From assembly GCA_963798085.1 (NCBI GenBank), contig CAWCRS010000007.1, forward strand, positions 503,612 to 567,611: DNA of 64,000 bases, read 5' to 3'. Positions within the stretch are counted from its first letter, which is position 1. Each line of letters starts with the position of its first letter. The DNA comes from an uncultured Gemmatimonadales bacterium (GTDB lineage: Bacteria; Gemmatimonadota; Gemmatimonadetes; Longimicrobiales; RSA9). Under the pieces are notes generated by a model. That model was not told where the DNA came from, made no database searches, and worked only from the letters and a program-made list of their open reading frames with translations. The position numbers and the translations under genes were made by a program. This document shows positions 17,256-27,228 of the stretch, piece after piece.

Positions 17256-18328
17256 GTCATGAGATCGCGCACCAGCGCATGGCGAACCAGCGGTTGGCGG
17301 CCGACAGGCTGGCCACGCCGGAGGCTGTGGTGCGCTGGCTGGTGGCCGTGCAGGCGCAGGAGTATGCGCTGGCCCGGTGGTCGGTGGGCCTGCGCGCCGC
17401 AGCGGCAGTTGACGCAGTCGTGGAGCGCGCGCTCGCGGAGGGCAAGCTGCTGCGCACGCACGTGCTGCGACCGACGTGGCACTTCGTGCTGCCCGAAGAC
17501 ATACACTGGCTGCTGCAGCTCACCTCGCCACATGTGCGCAGGCGCAGTGCCTACCGCGATCGCCAGCTGGAGTTGACGGAGACGCTGTACGCGCGCACTA
17601 ACACGCTGCTGGAGAAGGCGCTGGGCGGGGGCCGGCAGCTGACGCGTGCGCAGCTGTCAGCCGGGCTCGGCCGCCAGCGCGTGGACGCGACCGGGTCGCG
17701 CCTCGGCCACATCCTCATGCGCGCCGAGCTGGATGGCGTGATCTGCAGCGGGGCCCGCAGCGGCAGGCAGCACACGTACGCACTGCTCGCGGAGCGAGCG
17801 CCCCGGGCGCGGTCGCTGTCACGCGAAGAAGCACTCGGAGAGCTGACACTGCGTTATTTCGCGAGCCGCGGCCCGGCGACGCTCAGGGATTTCGTGTGGT
17901 GGTCGGGTCTGGGCACGGCAGAAGCACGGCATGGTCTGGCGCTGGCTGCCTCGCATCTGCAGCGGACCCGGCTGGAAGGACGGGAGTTCTGGCTGAGCCG
18001 GGCGCCGGTCTGCCCGCGCGAGCCTTCGCCCAGCGCGCATCTGCTGCAGGGTTTCGACGAGTACGTGATCGCCTACAGCGAAACCCGCCATGTGCTGGAC
18101 ACGGCGGGGCTGGGGAGCCTGTCGTTTCCGGCGAGGCCGCCGTTCACGCACGCGCTCATCATCGATGGCCAGGCGGTGGGCCGCTGGCGTCACGTGCGAG
18201 GACCGCGGAGCATAGCCATCGAGCTGCAGCCGGCGCGGCCGCTCTCGCCAGCCGATAACGACGCATTACGCCAGGCCGCAGAACGCTACGCGCGCTTCGC
18301 CGGTGTGCCCGTGACGGTGCGCGCCTAG
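17252..18328 (+). CDS. HTH_42 (DUF1006) winged-helix DNA glycosylase family, AlkZ-like
   Basis: N-terminal RLAADRLATPEAVVRWLVAVQAQEYALARWSVGLR carries a Q-x-Q motif. C-terminal ..GFDEYVIAY... ...IIDGQAVGRWR fits the family architecture. Confidence 0.75.
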   Translation: MSHEIAHQRMANQRLAADRLATPEAVVRWLVAVQAQEYALARWSVGLRAAAAVDAVVERALAEGKLLRTHVLRPTWHFVLPEDIHWLLQLTSPHVRRRSAYRDRQLELTETLYARTNTLLEKALGGGRQLTRAQLSAGLGRQRVDATGSRLGHILMRAELDGVICSGARSGRQHTYALLAERAPRARSLSREEALGELTLRYFASRGPATLRDFVWWSGLGTAEARHGLALAASHLQRTRLEGREFWLSRAPVCPREPSPSAHLLQGFDEYVIAYSETRHVLDTAGLGSLSFPARPPFTHALIIDGQAVGRWRHVRGPRSIAIELQPARPLSPADNDALRQAAERYARFAGVPVTVRA

Positions 18329-19036
18329 ACCACCGGCCGGATGAAGTTCCGGCCGCGGCGCCGGCGTGCCGGGCCCGAGCGCGACGGTCTGCCCGTGCGG
18401 CCCGGGCACGTGCCGCCGCGTCCGCCGCAACCGTGTCTCTCGTTGTCGCGTTCCTGTTGTGGCGATACCGCAGGGCACGGCGCATGACGGCGCGTTTCCG
18501 GACGGAAGCCGGAGCGGGATCAGACGACGATGCCGCACCCGTCGTCCCGGGTTGCCGGCCGGTCGCGGCACTCGCCTCGCTTCGATAACCCTCTGCAGCC
18601 AAGCAGGATACTGGCGGGTTCCGGGGCCGTGCCCGCAACTCTGCGTGCCGTGAAGAGCGTTCCGTCGCTGGGGTGAATCCGCCCCGCCAGGCCGCGGCGC
18701 GGGAAGTGCCAATCAACCCGATCGACTCTGGAAGACACGCGGGCGGGCTGATGCGGGTCGTGGTCGGCCGAAGTGCGCGGATCGGGCGTGGGTCACCGCG
18801 GCCGCCGGCCGCGGCAGGGGCGCCCTCACCCTCATCCGGCGCACCCAGGCCGCTCGCCCGCAGGTGTCATGCGTGACGGCCCACCACCGCGGGTGTGCGC
18901 CTGACAACGCGTTAGAAGCGCGGACAGTGACTCCGGGATTCATTCGCGACCGACCACGCCTGCGGCATGCCGCCGTGGCGGGCCGTGCGTGGGTTCCGGA
19001 GTTGCCTTTCAGGCCACGTTGAACCGATGGAGCCGA

Positions 19037-21652
19037 TCATTCGCTGCGCAGCGCGGTCATGGGCTGGACCCGCGCGGCGCGCCACGCCGGCAGCCAGCTG
19101 GCGAGCACACCCACCGATGCCAGCAGCAGCGGCGCGGCCACGAAGGTCAGCGGATCCGTGGCGCTGATGCCATAGAGCAGGCCCCGCAACAGCCGTGTCA
19201 GCACGAGGCCGAGCGCGCTGCCTGCGAGTGCGCCGCCGGCCGCGAGCATCACGCCCTCACGGACCACCAGCCGCACCACCTCGCCCGCGTGCGCGCCCAG
19301 CGCCATGCGCAGCGCCAGCTCGCGCGTGCGCCGGCCCGTTACCCAGGCCATGACCCCATAGGTGCCGACTGCACCGAGCAGCAGTGCCACCGCGGCGAAG
19401 GCGCCCAGCAGCGCAGCCGCGGATCGTGGCCGCGCCACCAATGCGGACATGCGCTGCCCGAGAGTTCGGACATCGCTGACCGGTGCGTCCGGCGCGAGCC
19501 GATCCGCAATCGTGCGCAACGCCTGCGTGGTGGCGCCCGGCTCACGCGTGCGCGCCACTACGATTACCGCCGCCGGCGTCTGCTGGGCGAGCGGGATGTA
19601 GAACGCCGGCCGCTGCTCACCCGCCAGATCATTGTTGACGACACTGCCCACCACACCCACCACCGTCATCCACTCACTGCGCCAGGGAAAGCGGATGCGG
19701 CCGCCGATGGGATCGCGACCCTGGAAGAACTGCTGCACGGCCCGCTCATCAATGAGCGCGACCAGGCGCGCCCCCGCGCCATCCGCATCATCGAAGTTGC
19801 GGCCCCGCAGCAGAGGCACGCCCATGGTCTTCAGATAACCGGGTGTTATACGGCGCACATCCATGAAGTCGAGGGCATTGGGGTCGCGCGTCCAGCCGTC
19901 GACATACATGGCAATGTAGTCCGCGACCTGATCGAACGGCACCTGACTGGTCGCGGCCGCCGACTGCACACCGGGCACGGCGTCCAGCTGGGTCACCAGC
20001 TGTGACCACACGGCGAGCCGGCGGTCGTCGGAATCGTAGCGCGTGGCCGGCAGGTCAATGCGGGCACTGAGCAGGTGATCGGCCTCGAATCCCGGATTGA
20101 CCTGCTGCAGCTGCCAGAGCGTGCGCAGCAGCAGGGTCGCGCCGATGACCAGCACGGCAGCCACCGCCACCTCAGCCGCCGCCAGTGCGCCCAGCAGTCG
20201 GCGGCCCGCGCGCGTGCCACCCGCCTCGCCGCGCGCTCCACTGAGCGCGCCGCCCACGGTGCCACGCAGCGCACGCAGCGCGGGTGCGAAGCCGAAGATC
20301 ACACCGGTGAGCAGCGCGCTGGCCAGCGCGAAACCGAGCACGCGCGGGTCCAGCCGTACCTCCGCCAGGCGAGGCGTGTCCGGCGGCAACAGGGAGAGCA
20401 GCAGGCCGCGCCCGGCCAGCGCCAGCGCCAGTCCGGCCAGTGCGCCCAGCGCGGAGAGCAGCAGGTTCTCCGTGACCAGCTGACGCAGCAGGCGGGAGCG
20501 GGCGGCGCCCAGCGCCGCGCGCACGGCCATCTCACGCGTGCGTGCCGACCCACGCACTAGCAGCAGGTTAGCAACATTGGCGCAGGCGATGAGCAGCACC
20601 ATGCCGGCCGCACCCAGCAGCAGGAGCAGGAGCGGGCGCGATGCGCTGACCAGGCTGTCACGCAGCGGCACCACATTCACGGCCGCCAGATAGGATTCCT
20701 CGGAGGGCGTCCATACGGGGTTCTCCAACCGCAGCCGTGCGGCCACGCTGCGCAGCTCGGCCCTGGCCTGCGCCGCCGTCACGCCCTGGCGCAGGCGGGC
20801 CACCACGTGCAGGCCGCCACTGCCCCAGTAGACACCGCGCTGCGCGGCATCGATCAGGACCGGGATCCACAGGCGAGTGTCGTGTCCGGGAAATGCGAAG
20901 CCGGGCGGCATGATGCCGATCACCAGGCGAGGCCGGCCATCCAGGTCGATGCTGCGGCCGAGCAAGCCGGCATCGGCGCCAAAGCGCTCACGCCAGAGCC
21001 CGTCGCTCAGCACCACCACACCGTCCGCACCCGGCTGCGCCTCGGTCGCCGCAAAGCCGCGGCCGAGCGCGGGCTTCACGCCGAGCACCGCGAACAGCCC
21101 GGGCGTCACTTCCGCGCCCGCGACGCGCACAGGCTCGCCTGCGCCGCTCAGCCCCAGGCCCGCGCCTTCCGTGTACGCGGCCACCCCCGTGAAGGCCGTG
21201 GCGCGTTCCGCCACTCCCGTGAACTCCGCGCGCGAATTGCCCCACGCGCGCACCAGCCGGCCCTCACCGGGAAAGGGCAGGGGCCGCAATAACACACCGT
21301 TAACGACGCTGAAAATGGCGGTGTTGGCGCCCATGCCCAGGGCCAGCGTCAGCACGGCGGCCAGAGTGAAGCCCGGCGCCCGGCGCAGCGCGCGCACGCC
21401 GAAGCGCAGGTCCTGCAGCAGATCCTCGAGGCCACTCACCCGGCGCGCATCGCGCGCCTCCTCGCGGAAACGCTGCACGTCGCCGAAGGCCAGCCGCGCG
21501 GCGCGGCGGGCCGCGCGCGCCTCCATGCCGCCGCGCAGGAGCGACTCCGTCTCCAGCCGGATGTGCGCTTCCATCTCGGCGCGCGTCTCGTGATCGAGGG
21601 CGCGGCTGCGTCGCAGTGCCAGCAGACGGCGAAGCCAGTGGTGCAGGAACAC
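19037..21652 (-). CDS. ADOP-type duplicated FtsX/MacB permease P2 (871 aa, with N-terminal prefix domain)
   Basis: [26 protein letters not shown] prefix, then [46 protein letters not shown]. Two FtsX modules; ends ..[14 protein letters not shown]. Confidence 0.9.
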   Translation of the reverse strand: MFLHHWLRRLLALRRSRALDHETRAEMEAHIRLETESLLRGGMEARAARRAARLAFGDVQRFREEARDARRVSGLEDLLQDLRFGVRALRRAPGFTLAAVLTLALGMGANTAIFSVVNGVLLRPLPFPGEGRLVRAWGNSRAEFTGVAERATAFTGVAAYTEGAGLGLSGAGEPVRVAGAEVTPGLFAVLGVKPALGRGFAATEAQPGADGVVVLSDGLWRERFGADAGLLGRSIDLDGRPRLVIGIMPPGFAFPGHDTRLWIPVLIDAAQRGVYWGSGGLHVVARLRQGVTAAQARAELRSVAARLRLENPVWTPSEESYLAAVNVVPLRDSLVSASRPLLLLLLGAAGMVLLIACANVANLLLVRGSARTREMAVRAALGAARSRLLRQLVTENLLLSALGALAGLALALAGRGLLLSLLPPDTPRLAEVRLDPRVLGFALASALLTGVIFGFAPALRALRGTVGGALSGARGEAGGTRAGRRLLGALAAAEVAVAAVLVIGATLLLRTLWQLQQVNPGFEADHLLSARIDLPATRYDSDDRRLAVWSQLVTQLDAVPGVQSAAATSQVPFDQVADYIAMYVDGWTRDPNALDFMDVRRITPGYLKTMGVPLLRGRNFDDADGAGARLVALIDERAVQQFFQGRDPIGGRIRFPWRSEWMTVVGVVGSVVNNDLAGEQRPAFYIPLAQQTPAAVIVVARTREPGATTQALRTIADRLAPDAPVSDVRTLGQRMSALVARPRSAAALLGAFAAVALLLGAVGTYGVMAWVTGRRTRELALRMALGAHAGEVVRLVVREGVMLAAGGALAGSALGLVLTRLLRGLLYGISATDPLTFVAAPLLLASVGVLASWLPAWRAARVQPMTALRSE

Positions 21653-21969
21653 GGTCGTGTCTCCGGTTGCTCATACCTTGTCATCCGACAATAGGACATG
21701 CGAAGGCGGGCGATGGTTGCTCGGTGCGCGGCGTGGCGGTGGCGTTGCGCGTGCGGGCGGGCCGTGTTCGCCCGCGGGACAGCGCATCCCGCGAGCGGGG
21801 GCGACAGGGCCGCTGCCGGCACGGGGCCGATACCCTCAAACGTTTGAATCGCAAGCAGTTGCAGGCGAAGACGGGTGCGGCACGCAGCTTCCATTGCGTG
21901 GCGCTGGCACCAAACCGCCTCGCCGTGCGGTCGTCGTCGCGCGGCATGTGCGCAAGGAATGGGGGGCTG

Positions 21970-24390
21970 ATGCTCGACTGGGTCAACGAGGTGCGACAGG
22001 CGTTGCGCGGATTGCGCCGGGCCCGGCTGTTCGCGCTGCTCGCCGGCTGCACGCTGGCGCTGGGCATGGGCGCGAACGCCGCCATCTTCGCGGTGCTGCG
22101 CGGCGCGGTGTTGCGGCCGCTGCCGTGGCGGGAGCCCGAACAGCTGGTGCGCCTGTGGTCGAGCGTGCCGGATCGTGGCCTCGAGTTCTTCTCCGTGTCG
22201 GCGCCCGACTATGAGGACTGGCGCCAGCAGGTGCACGGGCTGTCCGCGCTGGCCGCGTTCGAGCGTCAGCGCACGGTGGTGCTGCGCGCGGGTGCGGCCG
22301 AGCCACGGGAGGAGCAGGCGGCGCGTGCTTCGGCGGACCTGTTCGCGCTGCTGGGCGTGACACCGCGGCAGGGCCGGTTGTTCCGGGCCGACGAGGACGA
22401 CGCGCGGGGCGCACCCGTCGCCTTGATAACATCGAGTTTCTGGCGCGACGTGCTGGCCGCCGATGCGCATGCCATTGGCCGGACCATCACACTGGATGGC
22501 GTTCCCTACAGCATCATCGGCGTGCTGCCCGAGTCGTTTCTGGTGCCGGGCAATCCGGCGCGCGTGTGGACGCCGCTCGGACCGGTGCTGGCCGCGGGGA
22601 TGACGGACCGTGGCAACCGATTCCTGCGCGTGTTCGGGCGTCTGGACACAGGCGTGAGCATCGAGCAGGCAACGAGCGAGCTGCGGGCGCTGGCGGTCCG
22701 GCTGGGGCAACAGTACCCGGGCAGCAACCGCGCCTGGTCGGTGACCATGCGCTCGCTGCGCAGGCAGGTGCTGGGAGACACCTTCGGGTTCGCCGTCTGG
22801 GCGCTGCTGGGTGTGGTGACCGTGGTGCTGCTGATTGCCTGCGCCAACGTGACGAACCTGCTGTTAGGGAGGGCGGTCACGCGCCGGACGGAAGCGGCCG
22901 CGCGCCTGGCGCTGGGCGCCTCGCGCTGGCGCGTGGTGCGTCACTGGCTGGTCGAGGGCGCCATCCTGGGCGCCGGGGCCGGACTGGCCGGGCTGGCACT
23001 GGCGGTGTGGAGCATCGATCTGCTGCGTGCGCTCCACCCGTCCGGCGTGCCGCGCATCGAGGAGATTCGCGTCGATGGGGGCGTCGCCGCGTTCACGCTG
23101 CTGCTCTCGCTGGCGGCGGGTGTGCTGCTGGCCGTGGCGCCCGCACTGCACGCGACGGCCGGCAGCGCCTCGGCGCTGCTGCGCGAAGCCGGGCGTGGGC
23201 TGGCGGGTGGCCGGCGCCAGCGCCTGGCGAGAAACACGCTGCTGGTAACGCAGGTCGCGCTCACGGTGCTGCTGGCGACGGGCGCGGGTCTGCTGCTGCG
23301 CAGCTTCCAGCGGCTGCTGCAGGTGCGGCCCGGATTCGATGCCAGCCACGTACTGACGGCGCGGGTCACACTGCCCGCCGCGCGGTATGCGGAGGATCGA
23401 GTAGTGGACTTCTATCGTGAGCTGGTGGCGCGCGCCGGGGCACTGCCCGGTGTGCGTTCCGCCGCGCTGGTGTCGAGCCCGCCCATGGGCGGCGTCAACG
23501 CGGGCCTTTCGTTCGCGCTGGCAGCCGGGCCGCCTCCGGAGCCGGGCAAGGCGCCCGACGCGGACTTTCGCGCCATAACACCAGGTTATCTGGGCACGCT
23601 GCGCATCCCGCTGCTGCAGGGCAGGGACTTCACCGAGCAGGATCGGGACCGGGGCGACGCGGCGATCATAAGCCAGACCATGGCGAGGCAGTACTGGCCC
23701 GATGGCGCTGCGACAGGCCAGCAGATCCGGCTGGGCGATTTGGTACGAGGTCCCGTGTTCACCATTGTGGGTGTGGCAGGCGACGTGCGCAGTCAGGATC
23801 TGGAAACGCCGGACGTACGGCCCATGCTGTACCTGCCGCACCGCGGCCTCCCCGCAATGACGCTGATGCTGCGCACCACGGGAGATCCTGGCACACTCGC
23901 GGACGGCGTGCGCGCGACCATCCGGGCACTCGATCCGGATCTCGCGCCCGGAACCATCGCCACGCAGGAACAACTGCTCGATGCCGCGTACGCGGACCGC
24001 GGCTTCCAGCTCACGCTGTTCGCGGTGTTCGGCGGACTCGCCCTGCTCATCGCGGCGGTCGGTATCTACGGCGTCACGGCCTGCGGCGTCGCCGAGCGCA
24101 CGGCGGAGCTGGGCATCCGCCTGGCCCTGGGCGCACCCACCGGCCAGGTGCTGCGCATGGTGTTGCGCGAGAGCCTGGCGCTGAGTCTGACCGGCGTGGT
24201 GCTGGGCACCGCGACCTCGCTCGCCGCCGCGCGCGTCATGGCCACACTGCTGTTCCACACCGATGTGCACGATCCGCTGGCGTTCAGCGGCGTCGTGGTT
24301 CTCCTGCTGCTGACCGCGCTGCTGGCCGCCTGGCTGCCCGCCCGCCGCGCCACCCGCGTCGACCCCATACTCGCGGTCCGGCTCGTCTAG
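21970..24390 (+). CDS. ADOP-type duplicated FtsX/MacB permease P3 (806 aa)
   Basis: ATG at 21970 gives [40 protein letters not shown]. Two FtsX modules; ends ..RRATRVDPILAVRLV. The upstream part of ORF 21616-24390 is junk. Confidence 0.9.
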   Translation: MLDWVNEVRQALRGLRRARLFALLAGCTLALGMGANAAIFAVLRGAVLRPLPWREPEQLVRLWSSVPDRGLEFFSVSAPDYEDWRQQVHGLSALAAFERQRTVVLRAGAAEPREEQAARASADLFALLGVTPRQGRLFRADEDDARGAPVALITSSFWRDVLAADAHAIGRTITLDGVPYSIIGVLPESFLVPGNPARVWTPLGPVLAAGMTDRGNRFLRVFGRLDTGVSIEQATSELRALAVRLGQQYPGSNRAWSVTMRSLRRQVLGDTFGFAVWALLGVVTVVLLIACANVTNLLLGRAVTRRTEAAARLALGASRWRVVRHWLVEGAILGAGAGLAGLALAVWSIDLLRALHPSGVPRIEEIRVDGGVAAFTLLLSLAAGVLLAVAPALHATAGSASALLREAGRGLAGGRRQRLARNTLLVTQVALTVLLATGAGLLLRSFQRLLQVRPGFDASHVLTARVTLPAARYAEDRVVDFYRELVARAGALPGVRSAALVSSPPMGGVNAGLSFALAAGPPPEPGKAPDADFRAITPGYLGTLRIPLLQGRDFTEQDRDRGDAAIISQTMARQYWPDGAATGQQIRLGDLVRGPVFTIVGVAGDVRSQDLETPDVRPMLYLPHRGLPAMTLMLRTTGDPGTLADGVRATIRALDPDLAPGTIATQEQLLDAAYADRGFQLTLFAVFGGLALLIAAVGIYGVTACGVAERTAELGIRLALGAPTGQVLRMVLRESLALSLTGVVLGTATSLAAARVMATLLFHTDVHDPLAFSGVVVLLLLTALLAAWLPARRATRVDPILAVRLV

Positions 24391-24417
24391 CTCTCACTCT
24401 CTCACCGCGCAGGGCGC

Positions 24418-24616
24418 GAAGGAACGGAATGAGTTCTTGATTCTGAACGGATCAAAAGAAACGGATTGACCGGGAACGGGCTCAACAGAAGCGGTTCAAG
24501 CGGAAACGGATGGATCGAAACGGATCAACGGACGCGGATCAACGGAAACGGACGGAAACGGATCCGTGGGAGATAGAAGGCGGATACGGGGGCACAAGTT
24601 TGAAAGCGGTATTCTC
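24418..24616 (+). repeat. degenerate ~14-nt tandem repeat array (consensus GAAACGGATCAACG, about a dozen units)
   Basis: ACGG/GCGG cores recur at about 24424, 24446, 24460, 24474, 24491, 24504, 24518, 24533, 24548, 24556, 24581 and 24606. GC is locally lower. Confidence 0.75.
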
Positions 24617-24760
24617 GACGGCGGTGAAGTGCACGTGTGTTGAACCAAACGCCGTTGTCAAAGAAGATCACTGAGGTGGAGCGGCACGACGCCTGGAATG
24701 GCTCTGCGACGGCAGAGGTCTCCGCGGTGGAGTGCAGTGGCGTGCGATCGAGGAGGAGGA

Positions 24761-27178
24761 ATGGACAGGGTGCGGCGAGATGTGAGGCAGGCGCTGAGGG
24801 GGCTGGCGCGGAGTCCGTTGTTCGCATTGACAGTGGTGGCGACGCTGGGACTGGGCATTGGTGCCAACACGGCCATCTTCAGCTTCGTGGACACGCTGCT
24901 GCTGCGGCCGCTGCCCTATCCGCAGTCGGCGCGCATGGCAATGGTGTGGCAGGATTTCAGTGCGGCGGGCGGGCCGCGGCAGGAGTGGTTCACGCCACCC
25001 GACTACGAGGACCTGCGCACGCAGAATCGAACACTGGAAGCGGTGTCGCCGCTGGTCGGCTGGAATCCGAGTCTGACGGGCGTGAACGAGCCGGTGCAGC
25101 TGCAGGGCGCCATCGTCTCGGTCGACTACTTCCGGGTGACGGGTGTGCAGCCGGCGCAGGGCCGCGGCTTCTCGCCCACGGACGAGACCGGTGACGGCCA
25201 GGTGGTGGTGCTGAGCGATGCGCTCTGGAAGCGGGCGTTCGGCGCCCGGCGGGACATGGTGGGCAGCACCATCCAGCTGAACGGGCTTACTAACACCGTG
25301 ATAGGGATCATGCCGCGCGGGTTCGAGGCGCCCTTCCAGAAGGCGGACATCTTCCGGCCCTACCTCAAGACCACGTTCAGCACAGGCTGCGGCCGGGGCT
25401 GTTACGTCATGCAGATGCTGGTGCGTGTGCGGGCGGGCGTGTCGCTGAAGCAGGCCCAGGAAGATGCCGCGCGCACAGGCCGCGCGCTGCAGGCGCAGGC
25501 GCCGGGCGCGAAGAAGGGCCTGGTGCTGCGCCTGGTGTCGCTGCACGAACAGATCGCGGGTCCGCTGCGGCCGGCGCTGGTGGCGCTGCTGGGCGCGGTG
25601 GGACTGCTGCTGCTCATCGCCTGCGTCAACATCGCCAACCTGCTGCTGGCCAGGGCGACGGACCGGGAACGCGAAGTGGCGGTGCGCCTGGCGATCGGGG
25701 CCAGCCGTCGCATCGTCGTGCACCAGCTGCTGACGGAGAGCCTGATCGTGGCCGCGGTGGGTGGCGTGGCCGGCATCGTGGTGGCCTTCTGGGGTGTGGA
25801 TCTGCTGACACGCATGAGTCCGCCCGGGACGGCGCGCATCGAGGAAGTCGCCGTGAACGGCCATGCGCTGCTGTTCGCACTCTCGGTGGCCGCTGTCACC
25901 GGCATCCTCTTCGGCCTGGCGCCAGCATGGCATCTGTCGCGCGTGAGTGTGGCCAATGCGCTCAAGGAGAGCGGCGGCCTGCGCACGGGAGTGAGCCGGC
26001 GCCGTACGCGCAATACCTTCATTGCCGCCGAAGTGGCGATCGCGCTGATGCTGCTGCTGGGCGCGGGGCTCATGATGCGCAGCTTCGTGCGGCTGCAGGC
26101 GGTGGATGCGGGGTTCCATCCGGAGAACGCGTTGGCGGTGCAGCTGCAGCTGCCGCGGGCACGCTATCCGGAGATCGCGCAGGTGGATGCGTTCTTCGAT
26201 GGCCTGCTGCAGCGTCTTGCGGCACAGCCCGGCGTGGTGGCAGCGGGCGCGTCCAGCATGATTCCGCTGGATGGCAACAACAGCGACGTCGACTTCGTGG
26301 TGGAGGGCCGGCCGGCCCCGACCAGCCGCGAGGAGCAGCCGGTGGCGGATTATCGCCAGATAACACCCGGTTACTTCGCAGCCATCGGCATGCGCCTGCT
26401 GCGCGGCCGGGCGCTGACGGACGAGGATCGCCAGGGCACGCCCCGGGTGGTGGTCATCAATGAGACGATGGCGAAGCGCTTCTGGCCCAACGAGGACGCG
26501 CTGGGCAGGCGTATTTCCTCGAGCGGACCCGACGGTCCGTGGACGACGGTGGTGGGCATTGTGGCGGACGCGCACGACCGCGGCATGGACCAGCCGACTC
26601 GACCGGAGATGTTCCTGCCCCAGCACCAGATTCCGGCGCGTCAGCTCACACTGGTGCTGCGCACGCAGGGTGACCCGCGCGCACTCGGCGCACGCATCCG
26701 CGCTGAAGTCCGGACGCTGGACAAGGAGCTGCCCATCGCCGCGGAATCGCGGCTCACGGACCTCGTCAGCGGCTCCATGGCCATGCCCCGCCTGTTCGTC
26801 GCGTTCTTCGGCTTCTTCGCGGTGGTGGCGCTGCTGCTCGCGAGTGTGGGCATCTACGGCGTCACGGCGCAGGCCGTGAGCCAGCGGCGCCAGGAGATCG
26901 GCGTGCGCATGGCACTGGGCGCGAGCGCGCGCGGCGTGGTCGCGCTGATGGTGGGTCAGGCGATGCTGGTCGTGCTGGGCGGTCTGACAGTCGGACTCGT
27001 GGCCGCATGGCTGCTTTCGCACTGGCTTGGCTCACTGCTGTTCGACCTGAGCCCGACGGATCCGGTGACGTTCACGATCATCCCGCTGCTGCTGGCTGCG
27101 GTCGGACTGCTCGCCAGCTGGCGCCCGGCCCGGCGCGCGGCAGCGGTGGATCCCATGCGCGCGCTGCGCACGGAGTGA
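24761..27178 (+). CDS. ADOP-type duplicated FtsX/MacB permease P4 (805 aa)
   Basis: GAGGAGGAGGA immediately precedes the ATG at 24761. [43 protein letters not shown]; two FtsX modules; ends ..RRAAAVDPMRALRTE. Confidence 0.9.
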   Translation: MDRVRRDVRQALRGLARSPLFALTVVATLGLGIGANTAIFSFVDTLLLRPLPYPQSARMAMVWQDFSAAGGPRQEWFTPPDYEDLRTQNRTLEAVSPLVGWNPSLTGVNEPVQLQGAIVSVDYFRVTGVQPAQGRGFSPTDETGDGQVVVLSDALWKRAFGARRDMVGSTIQLNGLTNTVIGIMPRGFEAPFQKADIFRPYLKTTFSTGCGRGCYVMQMLVRVRAGVSLKQAQEDAARTGRALQAQAPGAKKGLVLRLVSLHEQIAGPLRPALVALLGAVGLLLLIACVNIANLLLARATDREREVAVRLAIGASRRIVVHQLLTESLIVAAVGGVAGIVVAFWGVDLLTRMSPPGTARIEEVAVNGHALLFALSVAAVTGILFGLAPAWHLSRVSVANALKESGGLRTGVSRRRTRNTFIAAEVAIALMLLLGAGLMMRSFVRLQAVDAGFHPENALAVQLQLPRARYPEIAQVDAFFDGLLQRLAAQPGVVAAGASSMIPLDGNNSDVDFVVEGRPAPTSREEQPVADYRQITPGYFAAIGMRLLRGRALTDEDRQGTPRVVVINETMAKRFWPNEDALGRRISSSGPDGPWTTVVGIVADAHDRGMDQPTRPEMFLPQHQIPARQLTLVLRTQGDPRALGARIRAEVRTLDKELPIAAESRLTDLVSGSMAMPRLFVAFFGFFAVVALLLASVGIYGVTAQAVSQRRQEIGVRMALGASARGVVALMVGQAMLVVLGGLTVGLVAAWLLSHWLGSLLFDLSPTDPVTFTIIPLLLAAVGLLASWRPARRAAAVDPMRALRTE

Positions 27179-27228
27179 GCGCCCGGACGTCCGGACCACG
27201 ACAACCCTGCAACCGGGTGGAATGACCG

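Noticed and set aside
21678-21691. The palindrome TTGTC-atcc-GACAA in the divergent P2/P3 promoter region as a regulator operator.
   Set aside because: It has only 5-bp arms, which is common by chance, and shows no similarity to the 14246-14258 or 41220-41248 palindromes.
24418-24616. The tandem repeat array as a CRISPR locus.
   Set aside because: The period is only ~14 nt with no unique spacers between units, the units are degenerate, and there are no cas genes in the window.
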